A stretch of 14,572 bases of DNA from Pseudomonadota bacterium (GTDB taxonomy: Bacteria > Desulfobacterota > Desulfobacteria > Desulfobacterales > RPRI01). Below are positions 1-8,900 of the stretch, piece after piece. The notes under the pieces are model-generated. The model saw only the letters and a program-made list of their open reading frames with translations, did not search any database and was not told where the DNA came from. The DNA lies in the NCBI GenBank assembly GCA_043825875.1, contig JBDRRF010000059.1, positions 1-14,572 on the forward strand, read 5' to 3'. Positions within the stretch are counted from its first letter, which is position 1. Every line of letters starts with the position of its first letter. Made by a program: the position numbers and the translations under genes.

Positions 1-228
1 ATGACGATTTGCTGTCTCGTATTCAACATGTGCTGTTGCTATCGTTATGCCCCTTTCTTTCTCCTCAGGAGCCTTATCTATCTGATCAAACGGTATATAC
101 TCTGCCATACCTTTCAATCCGCTATGCTTTGTTATCGCAGCTGTTAGTGTTGTCTTCCCATGATCTATATGACCTATGGTACCAACATTAACATGCGGCT
201 TCTTCCTCTCAAATTTCTTCTTAGCCAT
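1..228 (-). CDS. tuf: Elongation factor Tu, 5' part (76 codons, runs off the window)
   Basis: Manual translation from ATG at 228: [76 protein letters not shown]. It has the EF-Tu N-terminus, the P-loop GHIDHGKT and the effector region ERGITI. SD-like GGGAGGG at 237-243. Not in the ORF track. Confidence 0.98.
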   Translation of the reverse strand, partial: MAKKKFERKKPHVNVGTIGHIDHGKTTLTAAITKHSGLKGMAEYIPFDQIDKAPEEKERGITIATAHVEYETANRH

Positions 229-273
229 TTTCAATACCCTCCCAATAAAGGGGCTTAAATTAGAATAACAATT

Positions 274-744
274 CTACCATCTGAAATGAGCAAAAGCCTT
301 ATTTGCTTCAGCCATTTTATGAGTATCTTCCCTTTTCTTTATTGAAGCGCCTCTCTTGTTTGCTGCATCCAAAATTTCACCGGCCAACTTGCCTGCCATA
401 CTCTTTTCATTGCGCTGGTGTGCAAAATTTATTACCCACCTTATTCCAAGAGCCATCCTTCTGGCCGGTCTTATTTCTGTGGGAACCTGATATGTTGATC
501 CACCAACCCGCCGGGATTTAACTTCAATTATCGGTTTTACATTATCCAAAGCCTGTTCAAAAATCTTTACCGGCGGCTCATTTGTGTTTTTCTCAATGAT
601 ACCAAATGCTTCATAGAGTATTGACTCGGCAAGGCTCTTTTTCCCATCCTTCATGATAGCTTTAATGAATTTGGCAACAACCTTGTTGTCGTATTTAGAA
701 TCAGGGATAACAACCCGCTCAGGCACATCTCTTCTTCTCGGCAT
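274..744 (-). CDS. rpsG: 30S ribosomal protein S7
   Basis: 156 aa; MPRR start, [36 protein letters not shown]; follows rpsL. Confidence 0.99.
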   Translation of the reverse strand: MPRRRDVPERVVIPDSKYDNKVVAKFIKAIMKDGKKSLAESILYEAFGIIEKNTNEPPVKIFEQALDNVKPIIEVKSRRVGGSTYQVPTEIRPARRMALGIRWVINFAHQRNEKSMAGKLAGEILDAANKRGASIKKREDTHKMAEANKAFAHFRW

Positions 745-865
745 AAATCACACCATTTATATTATATCTGTTTATTAAAAAAAATAATTACCTACATTGA
801 CATTTTTTCAAGAATAAATCCAGCTACTCCTTGCAACTTATTTGAATAGCCTGCAAACCAAATAA

Positions 866-1237
866 TCACTTTGGCCTTTTTGCACCATACTTGGATCTGC
901 TCTTCTTTCTGTCCTCAACTCCCAGTGTATCAAGAGTGCCTCTTACTATGTGATATCTTACACCTGGAAGATCTTTAACACGTCCTCCACGAACCAATAC
1001 AACTGAATGCTCCTGAAGATTATGCCCCACTCCCGGAATGTATGCTGTAACCTCTGCACCTGAAGTAAGCCTTACCCTTGCAACTTTCCGCAAAGCAGAG
1101 TTTGGCTTTTTAGGAGTTGATGTATATACACGCGTACATACACCTCTTTTCTGAGGAGCTCCTTTAAGGGCCGGTGTAGTAACCTTCTTGGCAATCTTGG
1201 TCCTGCCTTTTCTAACTAACTGATTGATTGTAGGCAT
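866..1237 (-). CDS. rpsL: 30S ribosomal protein S12
   Basis: 123 aa; [34 protein letters not shown]-like GAGGGG at 1241-1246. Confidence 0.99.
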   Translation of the reverse strand: MPTINQLVRKGRTKIAKKVTTPALKGAPQKRGVCTRVYTSTPKKPNSALRKVARVRLTSGAEVTAYIPGVGHNLQEHSVVLVRGGRVKDLPGVRYHIVRGTLDTLGVEDRKKSRSKYGAKRPK

Positions 1238-1406
1238 ATTCCCCTCTTAAAATATTATTCACCCGTACAAAATTCAGACATTTACCACAAAGGATAAATA
1301 AATATTTTATTTTAAATTTTGTACACTTCGTGGTTTTAAAAACCATTGTATTTTTTATGGCTTTTTACAATTCATAAAACTCAAAATCTATGCTGTAAAA
1401 CGATGT

Positions 1407-1435
1407 TTTATACGCACATCCTGTATTTATGTCAA
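1407..1435 (-). promoter_or_regulatory. Putative sigma70 promoter of the rpsL-rpsG-tuf operon
   Basis: On the minus strand: perfect -35 TTGACA (1435-1430), a 17-nt spacer, and -10 TATAAA (1412-1407, 5/6 match), in the rpoC-rpsL intergenic region. Confidence 0.6.
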
Positions 1436-1524
1436 GCAATTTTATATCAAAATACAATTAAAATCTGCCCGCCCTAAATATATATAAGATCTTATTATTA
1501 AAATTATATAGTATCAAACTGTTA

Positions 1525-4500
1525 TTAATGGGATATTTCTATATTCTGGTTTAATGAAAGACCGGAACCTGCAGGTATAACTCTGCCCATAATAACATTT
1601 TCTTTAAGTCCATGAAGATGATCAATAGCACCGGCAATACTGGCATCGGTTAACACCTTGGTAGTCTCCTGGAATGATGCTGCTGAAATAAAACTATCGG
1701 TGCTTAAAGATGCTTTTGTTATTCCAAGTATAAGGGGTTCGGCAATAGCCGGCTTTCCACCTTTTGCCTTAACCGCCATGTTTATCTCTTCATATCTTCC
1801 GCGATCAATCTGTTCTTCAAGGATAAAGTCAGTGTCTCCGACCTCAACAACCTTAACACGTCTTGTCATCTGTCGTACAATTACTTCAATATGTTTGTCG
1901 TTTATACGTACTCCCTGCAATCTATAAACTTCCTGGACTTCATCAACAAGATAACGGGCTAGAGCCACTTCCCCTTTGATGTTTAAGATATCCTGCGGTA
2001 TGGCCGAACCGCCGATAATCGGCTCCCCTGCCCTTATATAATCGCCCTCATAAACATTTATATGTTTACCGCGTGCAACCAGATATTCTTTCTTTTCACC
2101 AAAATCGACAGGCGTTACTGTTACTTTTTGCTTTCCTTTTTTAGTACTTTTTGCAATGGAAACATAACCGTCTATCTCGCTTAATATTGCTATTTCCTTT
2201 GGTTTTCTTACCTCAAAAAGCTCCGCAACTCTTGGGAGACCACCTGTTATGTCTTTGGTTTTCGTGGTTGCTCTGGGAAGTTTCGCAATAACATTGCCGG
2301 CTTTGACATCTTCACCTTCTTCAACCATTAAAACCGCACCAATTGGAAGAATATAACGAGCCATTCCTGATGATTCGGAAAGTTTGACTGTTTTGCCATC
2401 TTCATCTTTGATTGAAATCCTCGGCCTAACCTCTGTGCCTTTTGCTTCAATTATTGTTCGACTCGATTTTCCTGTAACAGGATCAACTTTCTCCTTCATT
2501 GTCCTGCCTGGCGTAATATCTCCAAACTTAACGGTTCCTGCAACTTCTGTAATAATGGGTGTTGTAAAAGGATCCCAGGTAGCAAGAAGATCTCCTGGTT
2601 TTCCTGTTTCAGGATCAGGCCCCTTAACCTTCTGGCCATCAATAACCATAATATGCGCACCGTAAATTACTGGAAAGCTTTCAAGCTCACGGCCTGAATC
2701 ACTTACAACTGTAAATTTACCGCCGCGGCGATTCATTACAATATATTGGTTTTCCGCATTTTTAACAACATGAAGGTCAACAAATTTAATTGTTCCTTCA
2801 ACTCTTGCCCTGATATCGGCCTGTTCAACCCTCCGGCTCGCAGTACCGCCGATATGGAATGTCCGCATAGTAAGCTGAGTACCAGGCTCACCTATCGACT
2901 GGGCGGCGAGAATTCCGACAGCCTGTCCCAATTCAACCTGGGCTCCGCTTGAAAGATCTCTTCCATAGCATTTTGCACACACACCATATCTGGCTTTACA
3001 AGTAAGAACAGATCTTATCCTGGCATTTGTTATTCCTGCGTCTTCTATTTTTTTTACAGATCCTTCGTCAATCTCATCCCTTTTCTTAACAAGAACCTCA
3101 TCGGTAAAAGGATCAACTATATCATCCACTGCTACTCTGCCAAGGACTCTTTCTCCAAGTCGCTGAATAACTTCTCCGCCTTCAACCAGAGGCTCAACAT
3201 CAACACCCATCAAAGTACCGCAGTCATCCTCCATAACTGCACAATCCTGGGCAACATCAGCCAGCCTCCTTGTTAAATACCCTGAATTTGCAGTTTTAAG
3301 AGCAGTATCGGCAAGTCCTTTTCTTGCACCATGTGTTGAAATAAAATACTGTAATACGGAAAGGCCCTCCCTGAAATTTGCACTTATCGGCGTTTCTATA
3401 ATTTCACCGGAAGGTTTTGCCATTAGACCACGCATACCAGCCAGCTGACGCATCTGATCTTTACTGCCTCTTGCCCCTGATTCCGCCATCATATATATTG
3501 GATTAAAACTTTCTTCATAGACAGGTTTTCCATTTTTATCCAGCACAACATTCCCGTCACTGTCTTTCAAAGTTTCAACCTTCATTGCTTGCATCATTTC
3601 ATTGGCAACATCATCGGTCGCTTTGGCCCAGATATCTACAACTTTATTGTATTTCTCACCTTGAGTGATGAGGCCCTCAGTATACTGCCGTCCGATTTCC
3701 AACACTTTATTTTCGGCTTTTTTGATTATATCTCCTTTTGCAGCCGGAATTATCATGTCACCAATCGAAATCGAGAGGCCTCCTTCTGTTGAGTACTTAT
3801 AGCCTATATCTTTAAGTCTGTCAGCAAGAACAACTGTGGCTTTAGGGCCAAGATTTCTATAAGCATAATCAACAAGATCTCTTAAGGATTTCTTATCCTG
3901 CACCCTGTTAACAGCATCAAAAGGAATTTCAGCTCTCTTTTCATTTATCTGAAATATATGGTATTTTTCTTGTGAGGAAATTATTTCACTTATTTGCCCT
4001 TCTGCAAGAGAAAAAACAGGATCGGCATTTTCAATATCAAAGATTCTTGTAAACTCTTCCTTTCTTAAAAGACCGATATCACCATCTAAAGTTTTTCCGG
4101 AATTTTCGGAGTACTGGTTTACCATCTGCGAAAAAGATTCGCCACTTCTAATTTTTTCATGAATAGTTTTCGCATCTTCTTCCGAAGAAACCATAATATG
4201 GCTCATTCTTACAATATAATCCTTGGGAATAATTTCCCATAATAATATTCGCCCTGTTGTGGTATTAACTTTTTTCCCGTCTATCCGAACAACTATCTTA
4301 GCGTGAAGATCAATCATCCCGGAATCATAAGCAGAACGAACCTCATCCGGATCGGCAAATCTTTTCCCATCACCCTTCGCACCTGAGACTCCCCTTGTCA
4401 TATAATATATCCCAAGAACAATATCCTGAGTCGGTACAATAATAGGACTTCCATTTGCTGCTGATAAAATATTGTTGCTGGAAAGCATTAAAATACGCGC

Positions 4501-5937
4501 CTCTATCTGTGACTCAACAGAAAGAGGAATATGGACAGCCATCTGATCGCCGTCAAAGTCAGCATTAAATGCTGTACATACAAGCGGATGGAGCTGAATG
4601 GCCTTGCCCTCAATAAGAATCGGTTCAAAAGCCTGAATGCCAAGCCGATGCAAAGTCGGTGCCCGGTTTAACATCACAGGATATTCTTTTACAACTTCGT
4701 CAAGGGTATCCCAAACCTCCGGGGTCTCACGCTCAACAAGCTTCTTGGCACTCTTTACAGTAGAAACAAGGCCTTTTTTCTCTAAGCGGAAGTAAACAAA
4801 AGGTTTAAAAAGCTCCAAAGCCATTTTCTTAGGAAGGCCACACTGATGAAGCCTGAGATTAGGGCCTATAGCAATAACTGTTCGCCCGGAATAATCAACT
4901 CGTTTGCCAAGCAGATTCTGACGAAAGCGCCCCTGTTTTCCTTTTAACGTATCACTTAATGATTTTAAAGGCCGCTTGTTGGATCCTGTAATAACTCTGC
5001 CATGCCTGCCATTATCAAACAGAGCATCCACCGCCTCCTGAAGCATCCTTTTTTCATTGCGGACTATAATATCAGGAGCTTTTAAATCTATCAGCCGTTT
5101 TAACCGGTTATTGCGATTTATGACTCTCCTGTAGAGATCATTAAGGTCGGAGGTGGCAAACCTGCCGCCTTCTAATGGAACAAGGGGACGCAAATCCGGA
5201 GGAAGAACAGGAATAACATCCATTATCATCCAGCAAGGATTTACCCCTGAACATCTGAATGCATCCACAATCTTAAGCCTTTTTGACAGTTTCTGCCTTT
5301 TTGCCAATGAGGTTGTAGCTTTAATATCGGTTCTTAACTCAGTGTATAATGATTCAAGATCAATATTTTCCAACAGGACCTTTATTGCTTCAGCACCGAT
5401 ACCAGCTTCAAATTTTGTCCCATATGTTTCAAGCGCATCACGGTATTTTTCTTCGGAAAGCAGCTGGCAACGCGTCAGCGGAGTCTCTTTCGGATCTAAC
5501 ACTATATAGCTGTCAAAGTATAAGACTTTCTCCAAACCCTTTAATGTCATATCTAAAAGGTTTCCTATTTTGCTGGGAAGACTTTTTAAAAACCATATAT
5601 GTGCAACAGGCGCAGCAAGTTCAATATGGCCCATCCGTTCTCTTCGAACCTTGGACTGTATAACCTCGACGCCACATTTCTCACAAACTACTCCTCTGTG
5701 TTTCATGCGCTTGTATTTGCCACAATTACATTCGTAGTCCTTGGTAGGGCCAAAAATCTTGGCGCAAAACAAACCATCGCGCTCCGGCTTGAAAGTTCGA
5801 TAATTTATTGTCTCCGGTTTTTTTATTTCACCAAAAGACCATTGCCTGATTTGTTCAGGTGAAGCCAAAGAAATCCGAACACCACTGTATTGTTTCGGAT
5901 CAACAGGTTTGGCGAAGAAATCATATAAGGTTTCCAA
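1525..5937 (-). CDS. rpoC: DNA-directed RNA polymerase subunit beta' (with parvulin-like insertion)
   Basis: 1470 aa; Zn finger CNCGKYK...CEKC, catalytic NADFDGD (nt 4546-4566), bridge helix [15 protein letters not shown], trigger loop [11 protein letters not shown] followed by the SI3 insertion. TTG start, with SD AAGGAG in the last codons of rpoB. Confidence 0.99.
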   Translation of the reverse strand: METLYDFFAKPVDPKQYSGVRISLASPEQIRQWSFGEIKKPETINYRTFKPERDGLFCAKIFGPTKDYECNCGKYKRMKHRGVVCEKCGVEVIQSKVRRERMGHIELAAPVAHIWFLKSLPSKIGNLLDMTLKGLEKVLYFDSYIVLDPKETPLTRCQLLSEEKYRDALETYGTKFEAGIGAEAIKVLLENIDLESLYTELRTDIKATTSLAKRQKLSKRLKIVDAFRCSGVNPCWMIMDVIPVLPPDLRPLVPLEGGRFATSDLNDLYRRVINRNNRLKRLIDLKAPDIIVRNEKRMLQEAVDALFDNGRHGRVITGSNKRPLKSLSDTLKGKQGRFRQNLLGKRVDYSGRTVIAIGPNLRLHQCGLPKKMALELFKPFVYFRLEKKGLVSTVKSAKKLVERETPEVWDTLDEVVKEYPVMLNRAPTLHRLGIQAFEPILIEGKAIQLHPLVCTAFNADFDGDQMAVHIPLSVESQIEARILMLSSNNILSAANGSPIIVPTQDIVLGIYYMTRGVSGAKGDGKRFADPDEVRSAYDSGMIDLHAKIVVRIDGKKVNTTTGRILLWEIIPKDYIVRMSHIMVSSEEDAKTIHEKIRSGESFSQMVNQYSENSGKTLDGDIGLLRKEEFTRIFDIENADPVFSLAEGQISEIISSQEKYHIFQINEKRAEIPFDAVNRVQDKKSLRDLVDYAYRNLGPKATVVLADRLKDIGYKYSTEGGLSISIGDMIIPAAKGDIIKKAENKVLEIGRQYTEGLITQGEKYNKVVDIWAKATDDVANEMMQAMKVETLKDSDGNVVLDKNGKPVYEESFNPIYMMAESGARGSKDQMRQLAGMRGLMAKPSGEIIETPISANFREGLSVLQYFISTHGARKGLADTALKTANSGYLTRRLADVAQDCAVMEDDCGTLMGVDVEPLVEGGEVIQRLGERVLGRVAVDDIVDPFTDEVLVKKRDEIDEGSVKKIEDAGITNARIRSVLTCKARYGVCAKCYGRDLSSGAQVELGQAVGILAAQSIGEPGTQLTMRTFHIGGTASRRVEQADIRARVEGTIKFVDLHVVKNAENQYIVMNRRGGKFTVVSDSGRELESFPVIYGAHIMVIDGQKVKGPDPETGKPGDLLATWDPFTTPIITEVAGTVKFGDITPGRTMKEKVDPVTGKSSRTIIEAKGTEVRPRISIKDEDGKTVKLSESSGMARYILPIGAVLMVEEGEDVKAGNVIAKLPRATTKTKDITGGLPRVAELFEVRKPKEIAILSEIDGYVSIAKSTKKGKQKVTVTPVDFGEKKEYLVARGKHINVYEGDYIRAGEPIIGGSAIPQDILNIKGEVALARYLVDEVQEVYRLQGVRINDKHIEVIVRQMTRRVKVVEVGDTDFILEEQIDRGRYEEINMAVKAKGGKPAIAEPLILGITKASLSTDSFISAASFQETTKVLTDASIAGAIDHLHGLKENVIMGRVIPAGSGLSLNQNIEISH
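3931..4221 (-). other. Parvulin/PpiC-type (rotamase) PPIase-like domain inserted in RpoC, aa 573-669
   Basis: [57 protein letters not shown]...[29 protein letters not shown] matches the parvulin pattern (VrasHIlv...EeeA..i...l..Ge.Fa.la..yS.d.....gGdlG...aF.L..GeiS.pv.t..GyHIikv.ek). The flanks [11 protein letters not shown] and EIPFDAVN join up to give the normal beta' sequence. Recognised by eye; no HMM was run. Confidence 0.88.
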
Positions 5938-5940
5938 ATT

Positions 5941-8900
5941 CTACTCCTTATTTTCTTCCAAAAGATTTATATCCAAGCCAAGACTCTGCAATTCCCTTGT
6001 CATTACCTTGAAAGACTCGGGGATGCCAGGCTCAAGCATGTTCTGACCTTTTACTATCTTTTCATACATTCTGGTTCTTCCTGCCATATCATCAGATTTT
6101 ACAGTCAGAAATTCCTGTAAAGCATGTGCCGCTCCGTATGCTTCCATTGCCCATACCTCCATCTCTCCGAGGCGCTGACCTCCAAATTGGGCTTTTCCTC
6201 CAAGCGGCTGCTGTGTTACAAGTGAATATGGCCCGATAGAACGTGCATGAATTTTATCATCTACAAGATGGTGAAGCTTTAACATATACATAGTTCCGAC
6301 AGTAATCATGCCCTTAAAAGGTTCACCTGTTCGCCCGTCATACAGTGTGGCCTGGCCGGATGAATATTGTCCGGCTTCTTCAAGAAGCATCTTTATTTCA
6401 GATTCTTTAGCACCATCAAAAACCGGGGTCGCCATGTGAACACCATTTTTATAATTGCCGGCAAAATCACGCAACCCTTGCTCATCCATTTTTGATATAA
6501 TTGCATTTGAGTCTTTATCAGTAAATATTTTATTAAACTTATTACGAAGTTCAGAAATATTATTTTCTTCTATCAAGACGTTTAACTGATCACCCAAACT
6601 TTTTGCTGCACGGCCGAGGTGAATTTCTAAAATTTGTCCGGCATTCATTCGGGAAGGAACGCCAAGTGGATTTAAGACCATATCAACTGGAGTTCCGTCT
6701 TCAAAATAAGGCATATCTTCCTGTGGCAAAATCCTTGAGACCACTCCTTTATTACCATGCCGGCCAGCCATTTTATCACCAACCGAAAGTTTTCTTTTCA
6801 TGGCAATATATATCTTCACCATCTTAATAACACCAGGGGGAAGATCATCACCTTTTTCATATCTGCTGATGCTTTTTTCAAAATCCTCCCGGCAAAGGGT
6901 ACGCTGAGATCTGTATTGTTCAAGAAGATCGTGAATCTGTTCTGTAACAGCGGCATCCTTTAAAACAATACCTTCAAGCTGAGCCACAGGAATGTCAGCA
7001 AGAATCTCTGCATCTATTTTGTCACCCTTTGCAAGCAAAGCTTTTTTACCCTTTTTGACCGGGGTATTGCATATCTGGCCGTCTAAAACCTTAACAATCT
7101 GAACGCGTGCGATATCTTCAATAACCGAAAGTTCATCATCACGGTTTCTCTCCAGCTCTTTTATTTCAGTCTCTTCTATAAAATATGTTCGTTCATCCTT
7201 ATCTATTCCCCGTCTTGAAAAAACCTTGGCATCAATAACAGTTCCTTCAACTCCGGGGGGAACTCTTAAGGAAGTATCTTTTACATCTCCAGCTTTTTCT
7301 CCAAATATTGCACGAAGAAGCTTTTCTTCAGGAGAAAGTTGCGTTTCACCTTTGGGAGTAATCTTTCCAACCAGGATATCACCGGGTTGAACTTCGGCTC
7401 CAAGCCTTATGATACCGCTTTCATCAAGGTCTTTTAAAGCTTCATCACCCACATTTGGAATATCACGAGTAATATCTTCCTTACCAAGTTTTGTATCTCT
7501 TGCTACTATTTCAAATTCTTCAATATGGACAGAGGTGTAAACACCATCTCTTACAAGTCTTTCACTAACAAGAATTGAATCCTCAAAATTGAACCCCCCC
7601 CAAGGCATAAAAGCTACAGTAACGTTTTTACCCAGAGAGAGTTCTCCTTTTTCTGTAGCAGGCCCGTCGGCAATTATTTCTCCGGCTTCTACGCGCTGAC
7701 CTTTCTCAACAATTGGACGGTGATTAAAACACGTATTCTGGTTTGAACGCATATATTTTGACAGATTATTAATAGTAACATGCCTGTCATATCCTTTCTC
7801 CGAAGGATCATGAGAAAGAATTATCCGGCATGCATCAACAGATTCAACCACTCCGTCACGCTCGGCAACTACAGTAACACCGGAGTCTTTAGCTACAACT
7901 CCTTCTATACCTGTTCCGATAAGAGGGGCTTCACTGACCATAAGCGGAACAGCCTGCCGTTGCATGTTTGAACCCATTAAAGCCCTGTTTGCATCATCAT
8001 TTTCAAGAAAAGGGATCAAGGAAGCGGAAACACTTACAAGCTGATTCGGGGAAACATCCATAAGTGCAATATCTTCTTTATTAACCATCATGGTTTCACC
8101 TGCCACGCGGGATGTAACAAGTGGATTTATATATTTACCTTTTTCATCAATGGGTGCTTTCGCCTGTGCAATAGGCAAATCCTTTTCTTCAAATGCATCA
8201 AGAAATTTAACTTCGTTTGTTACTGTGCCATCATTAACAACCCTGTAAGGAGTTTCGATAAATCCATAATCATTAACACGAGCATAAGTACTCAACGAAA
8301 CAATAAGTCCAATATTAGGACCTTCCGGTGTTTCAATCGGGCATATACGCCCGTAGTGGGAAGGATGAACATCTCTTACCTCAAATCCGGCTCGTTCACG
8401 TGTCAACCCCCCTGGACCAAGTGCGCTTAATCTTCTCTTGTGGGTAGTCTCGGAAAGCGGGTTTGTCTGATCCATAAACTGGCTTAACTGGCTTGTGCCA
8501 AAAAACTCTTTAACAATCGCAGCTACAGGCTTGGGATTGATAAGATCATGAGGCATAAGGGTATCAACTTCCTGCAAACTCATTCTCTCTTTTATAGCTC
8601 TTTCCATGCGTACCAGACCGATACGGTATTGATTTTCAAGAAGCTCGCCTACTGCTCTTATCCGCCGGTTACCAAGATGATCAATATCATCAACAATCCC
8701 TTGTGTATCTCTTAATTCTATTAAAGTTTTTGCTGTTAGAAGAATGTCTTCTTTTCTTAAGATCTTTAGATCGGGTGAAGACTCAATGCCTAATCGCTGG
8801 TTTATTTTTACTCTTCCTACACTCGAAAGATCATAATATGCTGTTTTGAAAAATAAATTATCGATAAAATTCTGAGCAACCTCTGGTGTTACCGGATTGC

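Noticed and set aside
1..228. The gene after rpsG as fusA (expected from synteny)
   Set aside because: The translation is clearly EF-Tu ([29 protein letters not shown]), not EF-G (RNIGIxAHIDAGKTT).
866..1237. Streptomycin-resistance alleles in rpsL
   Set aside because: The TPKKPNS and RVKDLPG motifs are wild type.
2260..2844. Large insertion in the beta' trigger loop
   Set aside because: This is the well-known SI3 (beta'i6) tandem SBHM domain of about 190 aa, also found in E. coli. Only the 8-aa extra loop is reported.
3931..4221. RpoC insertion as an intein or intron
   Set aside because: There is no N-terminal Cys/Ser splice motif, no His-Asn followed by Cys/Ser/Thr at the C-terminal junction, and no homing-endonuclease motif. 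It is short, in frame and has parvulin motifs instead.
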